Shown here piece after piece: positions 1 through 9,798 of a stretch of 64,000 bases of DNA (the stretch's first letter is position 1; every line of letters starts with the position of its first letter). Both the position numbers and the translations under genes were made by a program. Below the pieces are notes generated by a model. That model was not told the origin of the DNA. It saw only the letters and a program-made list of their open reading frames with translations, and did no database searches. The DNA is taken from positions 2,944,001 to 3,008,000 of the forward strand of contig OY760937.1 in assembly GCA_963664225.1 (NCBI GenBank). Reading direction: 5' to 3'. Origin of the DNA: Verrucomicrobiia bacterium. GTDB lineage: Bacteria; Verrucomicrobiota; Verrucomicrobiia; Limisphaerales; UBA1319.

Positions 1-23
1 AGGAGTCACGTCTGAACTATGGT

Positions 24-2018
24 TTAAGTATCCCCGTCGGCTCCCGGTCCCGTGCATTCCTTCACATCGTCGCGGTCAGACAGCGGCGGTGGCTTCGCAA
101 AATGTTCGATGAATTGGCGGTGGACCAGTTGCGAGGAGAGAATCCCCGCCAGCGCCATGTCGTCGGTTTCCCCAATGGCCGAGCCCTGCTGGAGTTTGCG
201 CACGAGTTGATCCACCGCCGCGGATTTAAACAGGCCTGCGCGGGAGATGCTTTCATGCGAGAGCAGTTCGAGCACGTAATCGGGCGTGTTGTTATTGAAG
301 AAACTGCGATGGATGGGCGCGCGATACGGGCGCTTGGGCCTTTTCCAGATTTCCTCCGGCAGCCAGTTGCGCGCGATTTTCTTAAGCAGAAACTTCTCCG
401 TAAGGCCGCGCAATTTCAACCGGGCCGGAAGGCGGTTGCAATATTCGATCACCCGGTAATCCAGAAACGGAAAGCGGCCTTCCACCGCGTGGGCCATCGC
501 CGGACGATCGCCTTGGGAGGAGAGCAGGTATTGCGGCAGGAAAATCGTGGCCTCGAGGTATTGCGCCTGGCCCAGGCGACCCCAACTTTGAAAGCCCGGA
601 GGATACCAGGGACCGTCTTCGCTCCGGGCGGCAACCGCCAGATCGTCCGTAAAGAAACGCCGTGCCCGACGCGTGTTCTGCCAGCGAATCGCGTGCGAAA
701 ATCCGGGCTCAGCGGCCTTATCCAAATCCTTGCCGAAAAAGGCCGTGAGGAACGACGCCGGATTTTGACCCAGCCCGCGAATGTCGGGATAGAGTTTTTG
801 AAAGAGCAGCGGGCGTCTCTTGGACTCCGGCTGGCGTGCGCAGAATTGCCGCACCATCGCTTCCTTGAAAATGTCGTAGCCCGCGAGAAATTCGTCCGCG
901 CCCTCCCCGGTGAGCACGACTTTATAACCATGGTCGTGGACCAACTTGGAGAGCAAAAACATCGGGGCTGGCGCGGTGCGCATCAGCGGTGTTTCGGTGT
1001 GCCAGATGACCTCTGGAAAGACCTTGCCAATGTCGGCATACGTTGCTTGCACCACATGATGTTGCGTTCCGAGGTTCCCGGCCATTCGGCGCTGAAACTG
1101 GCTTTCGTCGAAGCCGGGATCATCGAACGCGATGGAAAATGTGTCGAGCTTTGCACCGGTAAAATGGCGGACCATGTAGGCGATGAGCGATGAATCCAGA
1201 CCGCCGCTCAGATACGCGCCCACGGGCACATCCGCGCGCAGCCGGATGCGTGTGGCGTCGATCAGTTTCTCGCTCAATTCCTCGATGTAGTGTTCCAGAG
1301 GCAGGCCATTGCATGCCGGGCCTTCAGTCAATCCGGCTGCGGGAAAACGGATTTCCCAATAGCGCTTAATTGTCAATCCGCTGGCGTCCGCCTGCAAATA
1401 ATGTCCCGGTGGAAGTTCGTAGATGTCCTTGAACGCGGTTCGCGGCGACAGCGCGCTCCAATAGGTGAAGACCTGGTCCAGTGCCACGGGATCCAGCGCC
1501 GCGGTCACTCCGCGGTCCGAGAGCAACACCTTGATCTCCGAGCCGAAAAGGAAGCGCCCCCGGTTAAGCGTGTAAAACACAGGTCGCACTCCGACCCGGT
1601 CGCGAGCGAGAAACAGACTTTTGTTTTTCGAGTCCCAGATCGCGATGGCAAACTGGCCGTTCAAGTGGTCCAGACAGCCCGGTCCCTGTTCCTCGAATAA
1701 ATGAAGGATGACCTCCGTGTCCGTGTTGGTGGAAAAACGATGCCCCCGGGCCTCCAGTCCCGGACGCAAATCCACATAGTTGAATATCTCCCCGTTGAAC
1801 ACGATCCACAGCGTGCCGTCTTCGTTGCAGATCGGTTGCTGCCCCGCGCTCAGATCGATGATGCTCAAGCGCGCGTTGCCCAGTCCGGCGTGGGCATCGC
1901 GGTATATGCCGAACTGATCCGGACCCCGGTGACGGATCATCGCCAGCATCTGCCGCAGATCCGCCGCCGCCGGAGGCGGTCCCGCATCCATATTGACAAT
2001 CCCTGCTATCCCACACAT
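24..2018 (-). CDS. asnB: Asparagine synthase (glutamine-hydrolysing)-like amidotransferase
   Basis: N-terminal MCGIAG (Ntn Cys), HRGPD, NGEIFN, LSGGLDSS, GEGADE and RFPFLD motifs. Confidence 0.9.
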   Translation of the reverse strand: MCGIAGIVNMDAGPPPAAADLRQMLAMIRHRGPDQFGIYRDAHAGLGNARLSIIDLSAGQQPICNEDGTLWIVFNGEIFNYVDLRPGLEARGHRFSTNTDTEVILHLFEEQGPGCLDHLNGQFAIAIWDSKNKSLFLARDRVGVRPVFYTLNRGRFLFGSEIKVLLSDRGVTAALDPVALDQVFTYWSALSPRTAFKDIYELPPGHYLQADASGLTIKRYWEIRFPAAGLTEGPACNGLPLEHYIEELSEKLIDATRIRLRADVPVGAYLSGGLDSSLIAYMVRHFTGAKLDTFSIAFDDPGFDESQFQRRMAGNLGTQHHVVQATYADIGKVFPEVIWHTETPLMRTAPAPMFLLSKLVHDHGYKVVLTGEGADEFLAGYDIFKEAMVRQFCARQPESKRRPLLFQKLYPDIRGLGQNPASFLTAFFGKDLDKAAEPGFSHAIRWQNTRRARRFFTDDLAVAARSEDGPWYPPGFQSWGRLGQAQYLEATIFLPQYLLSSQGDRPAMAHAVEGRFPFLDYRVIEYCNRLPARLKLRGLTEKFLLKKIARNWLPEEIWKRPKRPYRAPIHRSFFNNNTPDYVLELLSHESISRAGLFKSAAVDQLVRKLQQGSAIGETDDMALAGILSSQLVHRQFIEHFAKPPPLSDRDDVKECTGPGADGDT

Positions 2019-2145
2019 ACGATGTTATGACTTGACCGCGATAAATAATGCTCCTGACAGGCGGCGCGCTTGCGCGGACCGGTCGGGCCTGAAATAAATG
2101 CACGCACCAAAACTGGGGAGTCAGTCGGTGTGTATGGCGCAACTT

Positions 2146-3684
2146 TCACAAGGGCGTTTCGACCAGTTCGGAACGTTTGATTTTCCCATTGATCGTCCGC
2201 GGCAATTCCGCGCGGAACTCGACAAACTTGGGCACCAGCAACTCCTCGAGACACGCCCTGCAATGCGCCCGCACCTGCGTGGCGGTCACTGATGAATCAT
2301 CAACCACCAGCACCGCCTTGATCGCCTGGCCAAGAATCGGATCCGGCACACCCACCACGGCCACCTCGCGCACCCCCGCGAGTTTCATCAACGCGTTTTC
2401 AATCTCCTTCGGCGCGACCTTCTCTCCACGGCATTTGATGATGTCGTCCTTGCGCGCCACAAAATAAAAGTAGCCTTCGTCGTCCTGGCGAAAAAGATCG
2501 CCCGAGCGAAAGACCCGCTCGCCGTCATGCCGGCCTGGTTGAAACCGCACCGCGCTCGTTTCGGGAGCGTTCCAATAACCCCTCATCACATGACCTCCGC
2601 GCACGATGAGTTCTCCTGTACGTCCGGCGGGCACCCGACATCCCTCCTCATCCTCGATCCAAGCCTCCGTACCGGGAATGGGCACGCCCACGGAATCGGG
2701 CCTGCGCGCGATTTGATCCGGCGGCAGATACAAGGTGCGCACGACTTCCGTCTGCCCATACATGGAATAGAAACGGGCATTGGGAAAACGCTCCTTCACA
2801 GCCAGGACATGGTGGCCGGGCATACCGGCGGCCGCATTGGTCAGGTAGCGCAAGTTGGATAAATCGTAGGCCGAAAGATCCATGGTCAGCAGCATGTTAA
2901 ATATCGTGGGCACCCCGGCAAATCCGGTGGCCCGCGTTTTTTGCATGCTCTCAAGCAGCAGATTTGGAAAAGTGAACGATTTCTCCAATACCAGACAAGC
3001 GCCCGTAAAAAAGGTTGCCATTAGCTGGTATATGCCATAACTGAATGCCAGTGGAAGCACGCTCAGAATGACGTCCTCCTCGTTGTTTTCCAGATACTCG
3101 ACGATGGCATTGGTCGCGAAGACCATTCCCCCGTGGTGACACATGACGCCCTTGGGATTGCCGGTGGTGCCGGAGGTATAAATCAGGCAGGCCAGGTCGG
3201 ATGCATCGCCAGCGACAGGTAGGTCCTCCATTGACGCGGCAGATTGGGCGAGGCCGGGAACCGTTCGCGCACCGTTCAAACCTCCTGCGTCCATGATGAA
3301 CTTCAGGCTGGGGGCGGCCTCCCGCAAAACTTCGAAGCCGGGCATGTTACGCAGGCGCCGATCCATGAAAAGGCCCGTGGCCCGGCAATCGTTGAGAATG
3401 AAGGTCAGCTTGTCTGTCCTGGTGGATGGGCTGACCGAGACAAACACCGCACCCGCCTTGAGCACGGCAAAGATCCCGACCACCAGGTCCACTGTATTCG
3501 GCAGCCAGAGCGCGACCCGTTCCCCGCGTTGCAGTCCGCAGGCCACCATTTCCGTCGCCAGGGAATCCGCCAGCGCGTTGATTTCGCCGTAGCAAAGTCT
3601 TCGTCCATCGCAAACCAACCCCAATTTGTCAGGACTGCGGCGGGCCGAATTCTCCAGAAAATGTTGTACGAATATTCCGGCCAT
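2146..3684 (-). CDS. AMP-binding (adenylate-forming) acyl-CoA/acyl-ACP ligase
   Basis: YTSGTTGNPKG, YGQTE, RSGDL and RTINGKIKR motifs. Confidence 0.9.
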   Translation of the reverse strand: MAGIFVQHFLENSARRSPDKLGLVCDGRRLCYGEINALADSLATEMVACGLQRGERVALWLPNTVDLVVGIFAVLKAGAVFVSVSPSTRTDKLTFILNDCRATGLFMDRRLRNMPGFEVLREAAPSLKFIMDAGGLNGARTVPGLAQSAASMEDLPVAGDASDLACLIYTSGTTGNPKGVMCHHGGMVFATNAIVEYLENNEEDVILSVLPLAFSYGIYQLMATFFTGACLVLEKSFTFPNLLLESMQKTRATGFAGVPTIFNMLLTMDLSAYDLSNLRYLTNAAAGMPGHHVLAVKERFPNARFYSMYGQTEVVRTLYLPPDQIARRPDSVGVPIPGTEAWIEDEEGCRVPAGRTGELIVRGGHVMRGYWNAPETSAVRFQPGRHDGERVFRSGDLFRQDDEGYFYFVARKDDIIKCRGEKVAPKEIENALMKLAGVREVAVVGVPDPILGQAIKAVLVVDDSSVTATQVRAHCRACLEELLVPKFVEFRAELPRTINGKIKRSELVETPL

Positions 3685-3734
3685 GATTGCCGGGGGCCTG
3701 ATTTACAGGCGCGTTGGTGGTTGTTTTCTTTTTC

Positions 3735-4001
3735 CTAGGCCGGTTTGGCTTCCACGGTCGCCAGTTTGCGACGCACGTATTCGGACAGCTTGTTGACCGA
3801 ATCGAAATTATCCGGGGTCACATCCTGCGGATCCACTTGAATGCCAAATTCGGTATTTACAAAGGTCGCCAATTCCATGACGCCCATCGAGTCGATGATT
3901 CCCTCTTGAATAAAAGAGGCATTGTTGCTGAAACGATATCCCTGGTCGCTAAAGAGCAAATTCTGAGCGACGAATTGCTGTATCTGCGCTTCGAGTTCCA
4001 T
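3735..4001 (-). CDS. Acyl carrier protein
   Basis: 88 aa acidic protein with GIIDSMG phosphopantetheine Ser motif; directly upstream of the ligase. Confidence 0.9.
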   Translation of the reverse strand: MELEAQIQQFVAQNLLFSDQGYRFSNNASFIQEGIIDSMGVMELATFVNTEFGIQVDPQDVTPDNFDSVNKLSEYVRRKLATVEAKPA

Positions 4002-4392
4002 GTGTGATTATTGTTAATGCACCCCTGTTAACGCCAACAACATACCGATTTAACCTCTGAAAGCAAGCGACCCACCACGAAACCGATGGATTGCGGCGAA
4101 ACGAAGGAATGTTCCAGGAATCATATATTCAAACTCATGACAAAACGATGGAGAAGGATTCCTTTCAAGACAGTAGAGATAATAAATATGAAGTAAACTA
4201 AAGCAATGAAAAAGAAAATAAAGAATATTCAAGGCAAACAGACTTTGAAACTATTCGATATAATATCACCATTAACACATCAATAAAAAATAGAACGGAT
4301 CTTCAGCCCTATTCAATAAACTACACAGACCCATTCTGTTCCCTGATTTTCGATTGCCGGGCGGCCTCCACAGGGGCAGACTGACCTTCATT

Positions 4393-5196
4393 ATGAATCA
4401 ACGTGATTTGGCAAAGGCATTGAAGGTGGCGGTCGAAGCCGCACGCGGCGCAGGCGCATTAATGCGCAAGAACCTGCGGGCCGTGAAAAAGGCGAATCTC
4501 GTTGTGCAGCATGATATTAAACTGGAACTCGATGTCCGGTGCCAGAAGCTCATTGAAAAGATCCTGCTCAAGAGTTTCCCCGGTATTTCGGTGTTGGGTG
4601 AGGAAGGCGTGGCCGGCGATCCAAATTCCCAATACCGTTGGGTGATCGATCCGATCGATGGCACAGTGAATTTTGCCTACGGTATCCCTCACGCCTGTGT
4701 TTCCATTGCGTTGCAGGAGTTTAAAGGTCCATCACGAAGCGATGCGGGCTACCAATCGGTCGTCGGCGTGGTTTACGATCCGTTCTGCGACGAGCTTTGG
4801 ACCGCTATTCGGGGAAAAACCGCCCTTTTGAATAATAAAGCCATTCATGTCAGCAACCGTTCCAAGCTTGCCGAGGCCGTGATCAGCCTTGGTTTTTCAA
4901 AACATGACGCAGGTTTGAACAAAATGCTGCCCAAATTGCAGGATCTGGCCCATCGCGTGCGCAAAATTCGCATCATGGGGGCTGCGGCCCTGGATTTAGT
5001 GTATGTGGCGTCCGGTCGCTATGATGGCTTCATGGAATCCGGTTTGCGCCTCTGGGATATCGCGGCGGGCGGACTGATTCTGGAGTGCGCCGGTGGCGAA
5101 TTCTGGAATGAAGCGCTCCCGGGCGATCATTCCTTCCATATTGCCGCCACCAACGGACTGTTGCGCAAGAAACTTACCGCCCCCTTGCGCGGATAG
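4393..5196 (+). CDS. suhB: Inositol monophosphatase family protein
   Basis: GEE, WVIDPIDGTVNF and WDIAAG motifs; start moved to ATG 4393. Confidence 0.85.
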   Translation: MNQRDLAKALKVAVEAARGAGALMRKNLRAVKKANLVVQHDIKLELDVRCQKLIEKILLKSFPGISVLGEEGVAGDPNSQYRWVIDPIDGTVNFAYGIPHACVSIALQEFKGPSRSDAGYQSVVGVVYDPFCDELWTAIRGKTALLNNKAIHVSNRSKLAEAVISLGFSKHDAGLNKMLPKLQDLAHRVRKIRIMGAAALDLVYVASGRYDGFMESGLRLWDIAAGGLILECAGGEFWNEALPGDHSFHIAATNGLLRKKLTAPLRG

Positions 5197-5238
5197 ACCA
5201 GCGTTGGATGGTAACCGGATGTTTTCGCAACGAGGAAA

Positions 5239-5254
5239 TGTTCCACGTGGAACA
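5239..5254. promoter_or_regulatory. parS: parS centromere site
   Basis: Perfect palindrome TGTTCCACGTGGAACA (extends to AAA...TTT, 5236-5257); matches the widespread parS consensus. Confidence 0.9.
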
Positions 5255-5359
5255 TTTGCACTGCATGGCAGTTCAGGACGGGCGAACTGAGGTAAGGCGA
5301 GTCTGCCGAGCAGAACTCTGCGGATCCGCTCCGCGCCCACCCGGTTCTTGACGCTCATA

Positions 5360-5445
5360 GGAGGGCGGGCAGTCCTCTGCACGCCGTTGCATAATCCCGC
5401 GCTTGGGATCAACACGACGGCGCGCAACGGAGTGCGCGCCCAACC
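5360..5445. repeat. Pair of inverted REP-like palindromes (BIME-like)
   Basis: AGGGCGGGCAGTCCTCTGCACGCCGTT (5362-5388) recurs identically at 61728-61754; an inverted related arm GGCGCGCAACGGAGTGCGCGCCCAACC ends at 5445. Confidence 0.7.
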
Positions 5446-5564
5446 TTGAACGCCATGGCCGTTCCTGCGGTTCTGCGTCAATCCTCAACTCTAAGTCCAC
5501 GGTCAATCCAAAACCCACTCGCGCCTATTGCGCTTGGGCCCATATCGCCTACAATAACCTCTGC

Positions 5565-7481
5565 ATGTTCGTTTATCCGAAGAAGTATGACGTGATCGTG
5601 GTTGGCGCAGGTCACGCCGGTATTGAGGCCGCGCTGGCGGCGGCGCGCATGGGATGTCAGACGTTGATGCTCACCATCAATGCCGACACCATCGGCCAGA
5701 TGTCCTGCAATCCCGCCATTGGCGGACTGGCCAAGGGACATCTCGCGCGCGAAATCGATGCCCTGGGCGGCGACATGGGAAAAGCCACCGACATGACGGG
5801 TCTCCAGTTCCGCATGTTGAACACGCGCAAGGGACCTTCCGTCTGGGCCCCCCGAGCGCAGTGCGATAAGAAAGCCTACCAATTTCGTCTGAAGTGGATT
5901 CTCGAACGCGAGCCCCGTCTCGATCTCAAACAGGGCCAGGCCATCCGCCTTCTGCACAAAGATGGCCAGGTGACTGGATTGGAAACCTCCCTGGGAACCC
6001 AATATCTGGGAATCACCGTCATTTTGACCACCGGAACCTTCCTCCGGGGTTTGATGCATATTGGGTTTAACAAGATCCCCGGCGGACGTTCCGGCGAGGC
6101 TCCGTCACTGGGTATATCGGAATCCTTGAAGGAACTGGGTTTTGAACTGGGTCGCCTCAAGACAGGAACGCCACCCCGGTTGTTGCGTCGCAGCATCGAT
6201 TTCTCCCGGACGGAGGTCCAGGGTGGGGATGAGCCGGTGCCTTATTTCACCTATTGGAAAGACGATTTGTTCCACGTGGAACATTCCGGCATCCAACCCA
6301 ACGATATCGGCCAGTCCCAAGGCAAGTATCCGCCGGGATCCATTCTCGACCGCTTGAACGGCCAGTTGCCCTGTCATATTACCTACTCCACCGAGGAAAC
6401 GGCCAAAATCGTTCGGGCGAACCTGGACAAGTCGCCTCTGTATTCCGGCGTGATTGAAGGGATCGGTCCCCGCTATTGCCCCTCCATCGAGGATAAAATC
6501 GTCAAATTCCCCGACAAGGAACGCCACCAGTTGTTTCTGGAACCCGAGGGGATTCACACGGATGAGATCTATGTGAACGGCTTTTCCACAAGTCTGCCGC
6601 TGGAGGTTCAATATGCCATGGTGCATTCGATCATCGGTTGCGAGCATGCGGAAATCCTCCGCCCGGCCTACGCTGTCGAATACGATTTCGCGCCGCCGAC
6701 ACAACTCCATCCCTCGCTCGAAACCAAGCTCTGTCGCAATCTTTATCACGCCGGACAGATCAACGGAACCTCGGGTTACGAGGAAGCCGCCGCCCAGGGA
6801 TTGATGGCGGGCATCAATGCCGCCCGGCGTGTCCGATCCCTGGAACCGCTGGTGCTGCGTCGGGATCAGGCCTATATCGGGGTGTTGATCGATGACCTGG
6901 TGACCAAAGGCACGGCCGAGCCTTACCGGATGTTCACCTCCCGCGCAGAGTATCGCCTCCTGCTCCGCCAGGATAATGCGGATGCCCGGCTCTCACCCAT
7001 CGGTCATGAAATGGGGTTGCTACCGCTGCGAAACTACGAGCAATTCGTCGCCAAGCGGGCCTCCATCGATCTGGAATTGGAGCGATTGGCCAAGACCCGT
7101 TCGGGCGCCAATACCCTGGCGCAACTCCTGCGACGCCCCGAAATATGCTATGCGGATTTGCCCGACAAGAATTCTGCTTTAAGTCCCGAAGCCGTGCAGC
7201 AGGTTGAATTCATCCTCAAGTTCGCCGGTTATGTGGCCCGGCAACAGGAGGAGGTGGAGAAATTCAAGACCCTGGAGGATAAGCGGATTCCCGATTGGCT
7301 GGATTATAAAACCGTTCCCAGCCTGCGGACGGAGGCCAGGGTGAAACTCGATAAGATCCGCCCCACCACCCTTGGCCAGGCCTCGCGCATCTCGGGCGTT
7401 TCCCCCGCAGACATCAGCCTGCTCATGGTCTGGATGAAACGCGGCCCCCAGAAAGAGTTGGAAACGACAGAAAGCGTTTGA
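5565..7481 (+). CDS. mnmG: tRNA uridine-5-carboxymethylaminomethyl modification enzyme MnmG (GidA)
   Basis: [57 protein letters not shown]; true start ATG 5565. Confidence 0.97.
   Translation: MFVYPKKYDVIVVGAGHAGIEAALAAARMGCQTLMLTINADTIGQMSCNPAIGGLAKGHLAREIDALGGDMGKATDMTGLQFRMLNTRKGPSVWAPRAQCDKKAYQFRLKWILEREPRLDLKQGQAIRLLHKDGQVTGLETSLGTQYLGITVILTTGTFLRGLMHIGFNKIPGGRSGEAPSLGISESLKELGFELGRLKTGTPPRLLRRSIDFSRTEVQGGDEPVPYFTYWKDDLFHVEHSGIQPNDIGQSQGKYPPGSILDRLNGQLPCHITYSTEETAKIVRANLDKSPLYSGVIEGIGPRYCPSIEDKIVKFPDKERHQLFLEPEGIHTDEIYVNGFSTSLPLEVQYAMVHSIIGCEHAEILRPAYAVEYDFAPPTQLHPSLETKLCRNLYHAGQINGTSGYEEAAAQGLMAGINAARRVRSLEPLVLRRDQAYIGVLIDDLVTKGTAEPYRMFTSRAEYRLLLRQDNADARLSPIGHEMGLLPLRNYEQFVAKRASIDLELERLAKTRSGANTLAQLLRRPEICYADLPDKNSALSPEAVQQVEFILKFAGYVARQQEEVEKFKTLEDKRIPDWLDYKTVPSLRTEARVKLDKIRPTTLGQASRISGVSPADISLLMVWMKRGPQKELETTESV
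6268..6283. promoter_or_regulatory. parS: parS site inside the mnmG coding sequence
   Basis: Second perfect TGTTCCACGTGGAACA, read in frame as (L)FHVEH. Confidence 0.85.
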
Positions 7482-7524
7482 AGAATAGTTCGTTACGAAC
7501 GCGCCCCAATCGCGATTTCAATGA

Positions 7525-7553
7525 AAATGGCGGACCTCTTGAGTCCGCCATTT
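7525..7553. terminator. Likely bidirectional intrinsic terminator
   Basis: AAATGGCGGAC-ctcttga-GTCCGCCATTT between convergent mnmG and the CmcI-like gene. Confidence 0.75.
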
Positions 7554-7581
7554 GTCCGTCTGTCTTTAAGTGGGCTCCGGT

Positions 7582-8388
7582 TTAGCCAACCCTTTGCAAG
7601 AATCCGTCCGGCGCGACCGTGACGAGCAATTTGTTTTCAATCACCTTGTCGATTTCAAACTTGAGAGGCTCTCCGTCCGCAGCCTTGCGGCCCACTTCCT
7701 TCAAACGGCGCAGGTATTCCCAAACGGCGGATTTTGGATTGTTTCCCTTGCCCCACGGGCGATCGTTGTAAGTATCGTCAGGCAGATCTTCGACCACGGT
7801 GTCGAACACGACACAGTAACACTCCTTGCTGGTCAGCGGGGCATAGGCTTCCAGTTCGCCAAGCACATGCTCATGGGTATGATTTGAATCGAGGCAGATA
7901 AGGATTTTCTTATATCCTTTGGCGATTTCATGCACCTGTGCAACGATCTCTGGCGCAACGGAAGAGCCCTGGATCATATCGATGCGATGGGACATGGGGT
8001 GCGCTTCGATGGCCGCGCGGTTGTGGGCGCGGATGTCGATATCCAGTCCCAATACACGGCGATGCGTGGCACGGGGATCGAGCGTTACTCCCGCTTCCAC
8101 CGCGTCGCAATAATCCAGAAGGGCGAGCATGGACGCGCTCATGATGAGCGAGCCGCCATGAGCGATGCCGGTCTCGATAATGAGATCGGGCTTGGTTTTC
8201 CAGATCAACTCCTGTATCGCCACGATATCCTGCGGGTATTGGATGATGGGCCTCGAGAGCCAGGAGAAATTGTAGGAATACTGCGCGGCAATGGAGGATA
8301 ACAACAGGGCCCTTGCATCCCGCTTCAAGAGTTCGTTGCCATTGTTTGCTGCGATACGCGCCTGAACTTCCTGATCAAATTTATTCAT
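7582..8388 (-). CDS. CmcI (cephalosporin hydroxylase-family) methyltransferase-like protein
   Basis: YNFSWLSRPIIQYPQD, KPDLIIETGIAHGGS, LDSNHTHEHV, WGKGNNP; start ATG 8388 overlaps the upstream stop. Confidence 0.88.
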   Translation of the reverse strand: MNKFDQEVQARIAANNGNELLKRDARALLLSSIAAQYSYNFSWLSRPIIQYPQDIVAIQELIWKTKPDLIIETGIAHGGSLIMSASMLALLDYCDAVEAGVTLDPRATHRRVLGLDIDIRAHNRAAIEAHPMSHRIDMIQGSSVAPEIVAQVHEIAKGYKKILICLDSNHTHEHVLGELEAYAPLTSKECYCVVFDTVVEDLPDDTYNDRPWGKGNNPKSAVWEYLRRLKEVGRKAADGEPLKFEIDKVIENKLLVTVAPDGFLQRVG

Positions 8389-9442
8389 GGTCCACCTTGT
8401 AGTATTGGTATTGGTTTCCGGATTGAGCAACGATCTCATCCAGATAATTCGAATTCATTACGAAAATGGTGTCTTTGGGTTGCAATATTTGCATCGCTTC
8501 ATTGGGCGATTTAACGCACAAACCACTACATGCCAGGTATTTGCCTTGTTTTGCCGGGTTAATGTCGATGACCAGATCGATCCCGATGCCCATTCGCTGC
8601 ATGTAGATCGAAAAAATGACGCCTTTTGAAGCCCCGCCCCAGATGGCTTTGCGTTGATTTCGTTTTACAACCGAAGCAATGTTTTGAATGTCATTAAGAA
8701 AATCACCAGGAAAGTCCAGAGGTTTCGATTTGTCGATGCTGGGTTTTCGCAGACTTGCCAAATCGGCCACGACGTAAATGTATTGCCCGTTAAAACAGTG
8801 GCCGCTTTCCAGAACGCGAGCAAACATCTGGTGAAAGTCATTGACGCGGAAGTAGTTAACGTGTTCGTAGAAAACATCGAACCAGGCGCGATGATGGCAT
8901 ATCCAGTCGAAGCAAGGCACTTCGATGTAAATAATCCCTTTGCCTCCGTTCGCGTGCGCAATGCTCGAGAGAAAAGCAAAAGGATCCGGGATATGCTCCA
9001 AGACGTGCCGCAAAACAATGCCTTCGGCTGACAAGCCCAGTTCCCGCTCAAAGAGGGCCTTGATCACCCGGGGATTTCCGCCTTCATAAGCAGGGTCTAT
9101 CCCGGTGATGTCGAAACCAAGCGCATGGAGGTGGTCGAGGAAATAGCCCTTGCCACAGCCTACTTCGATCAAGGTTTTCCCTTCAAAATGTCGGCGAATG
9201 ATTTGCGTGACCGTATTCAGGTGGCTCTGAAACACAGTCGAGCAGGCCTGTTCATTCTGGTAGCTCTTGTCATAGACGAGCTTTTTGGGATCAAACGCGG
9301 CGTTAAAAACCAGCCCTGTCCCGGTATCCTGAACCAGCACAATGTCCCCAGTGGGGCTGTTCAACGCTTCCTGAGCCGTATTAAACATCCGATTTTGCAG
9401 GACAGGGAGTTTTTCCGCTCTAAAGATTTCGCGCTGGCTCAT
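8381..9442 (-). CDS. Class I SAM-dependent methyltransferase, NDP-sugar C-methyltransferase-like
   Basis: IEVGCGKG, RHVLEH, EVP...YEHVNYF, WGGASKG, DINPAKQG. Confidence 0.8.
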   Translation of the reverse strand: MSQREIFRAEKLPVLQNRMFNTAQEALNSPTGDIVLVQDTGTGLVFNAAFDPKKLVYDKSYQNEQACSTVFQSHLNTVTQIIRRHFEGKTLIEVGCGKGYFLDHLHALGFDITGIDPAYEGGNPRVIKALFERELGLSAEGIVLRHVLEHIPDPFAFLSSIAHANGGKGIIYIEVPCFDWICHHRAWFDVFYEHVNYFRVNDFHQMFARVLESGHCFNGQYIYVVADLASLRKPSIDKSKPLDFPGDFLNDIQNIASVVKRNQRKAIWGGASKGVIFSIYMQRMGIGIDLVIDINPAKQGKYLACSGLCVKSPNEAMQILQPKDTIFVMNSNYLDEIVAQSGNQYQYYKVDHE

Positions 9443-9798
9443 AAGTATTGGCAACCATTCAGGTCTTTGCAGTTAACTTGGAAACAGAATGACCACTTAG
9501 AGAGCGGGCGGCAAGCAGAAGTATGTTCCTTTTCCTCCAAAGGGCGCCCGACAAAATTCTTCAGTTTGAGTGGGAACACCCCGCAAGGAGCCTGTTCATC
9601 AGGCACGCCCAGTTCAAAAACAATTGCTATTTATCTTGCAGTCAGCCCTAAAATGTGTTCTAAAGGTTACTAATTGCCACTTGCGTAACAAAGTGACGTC
9701 TGCCTGCGTCTGCAATTCTGGTCTGTCAATTTTGGTGTTCAGCTGTTAATGCGGGGATTCACGAATACTCGTGCGTCAATATTACTTTGGGAGTTTCT

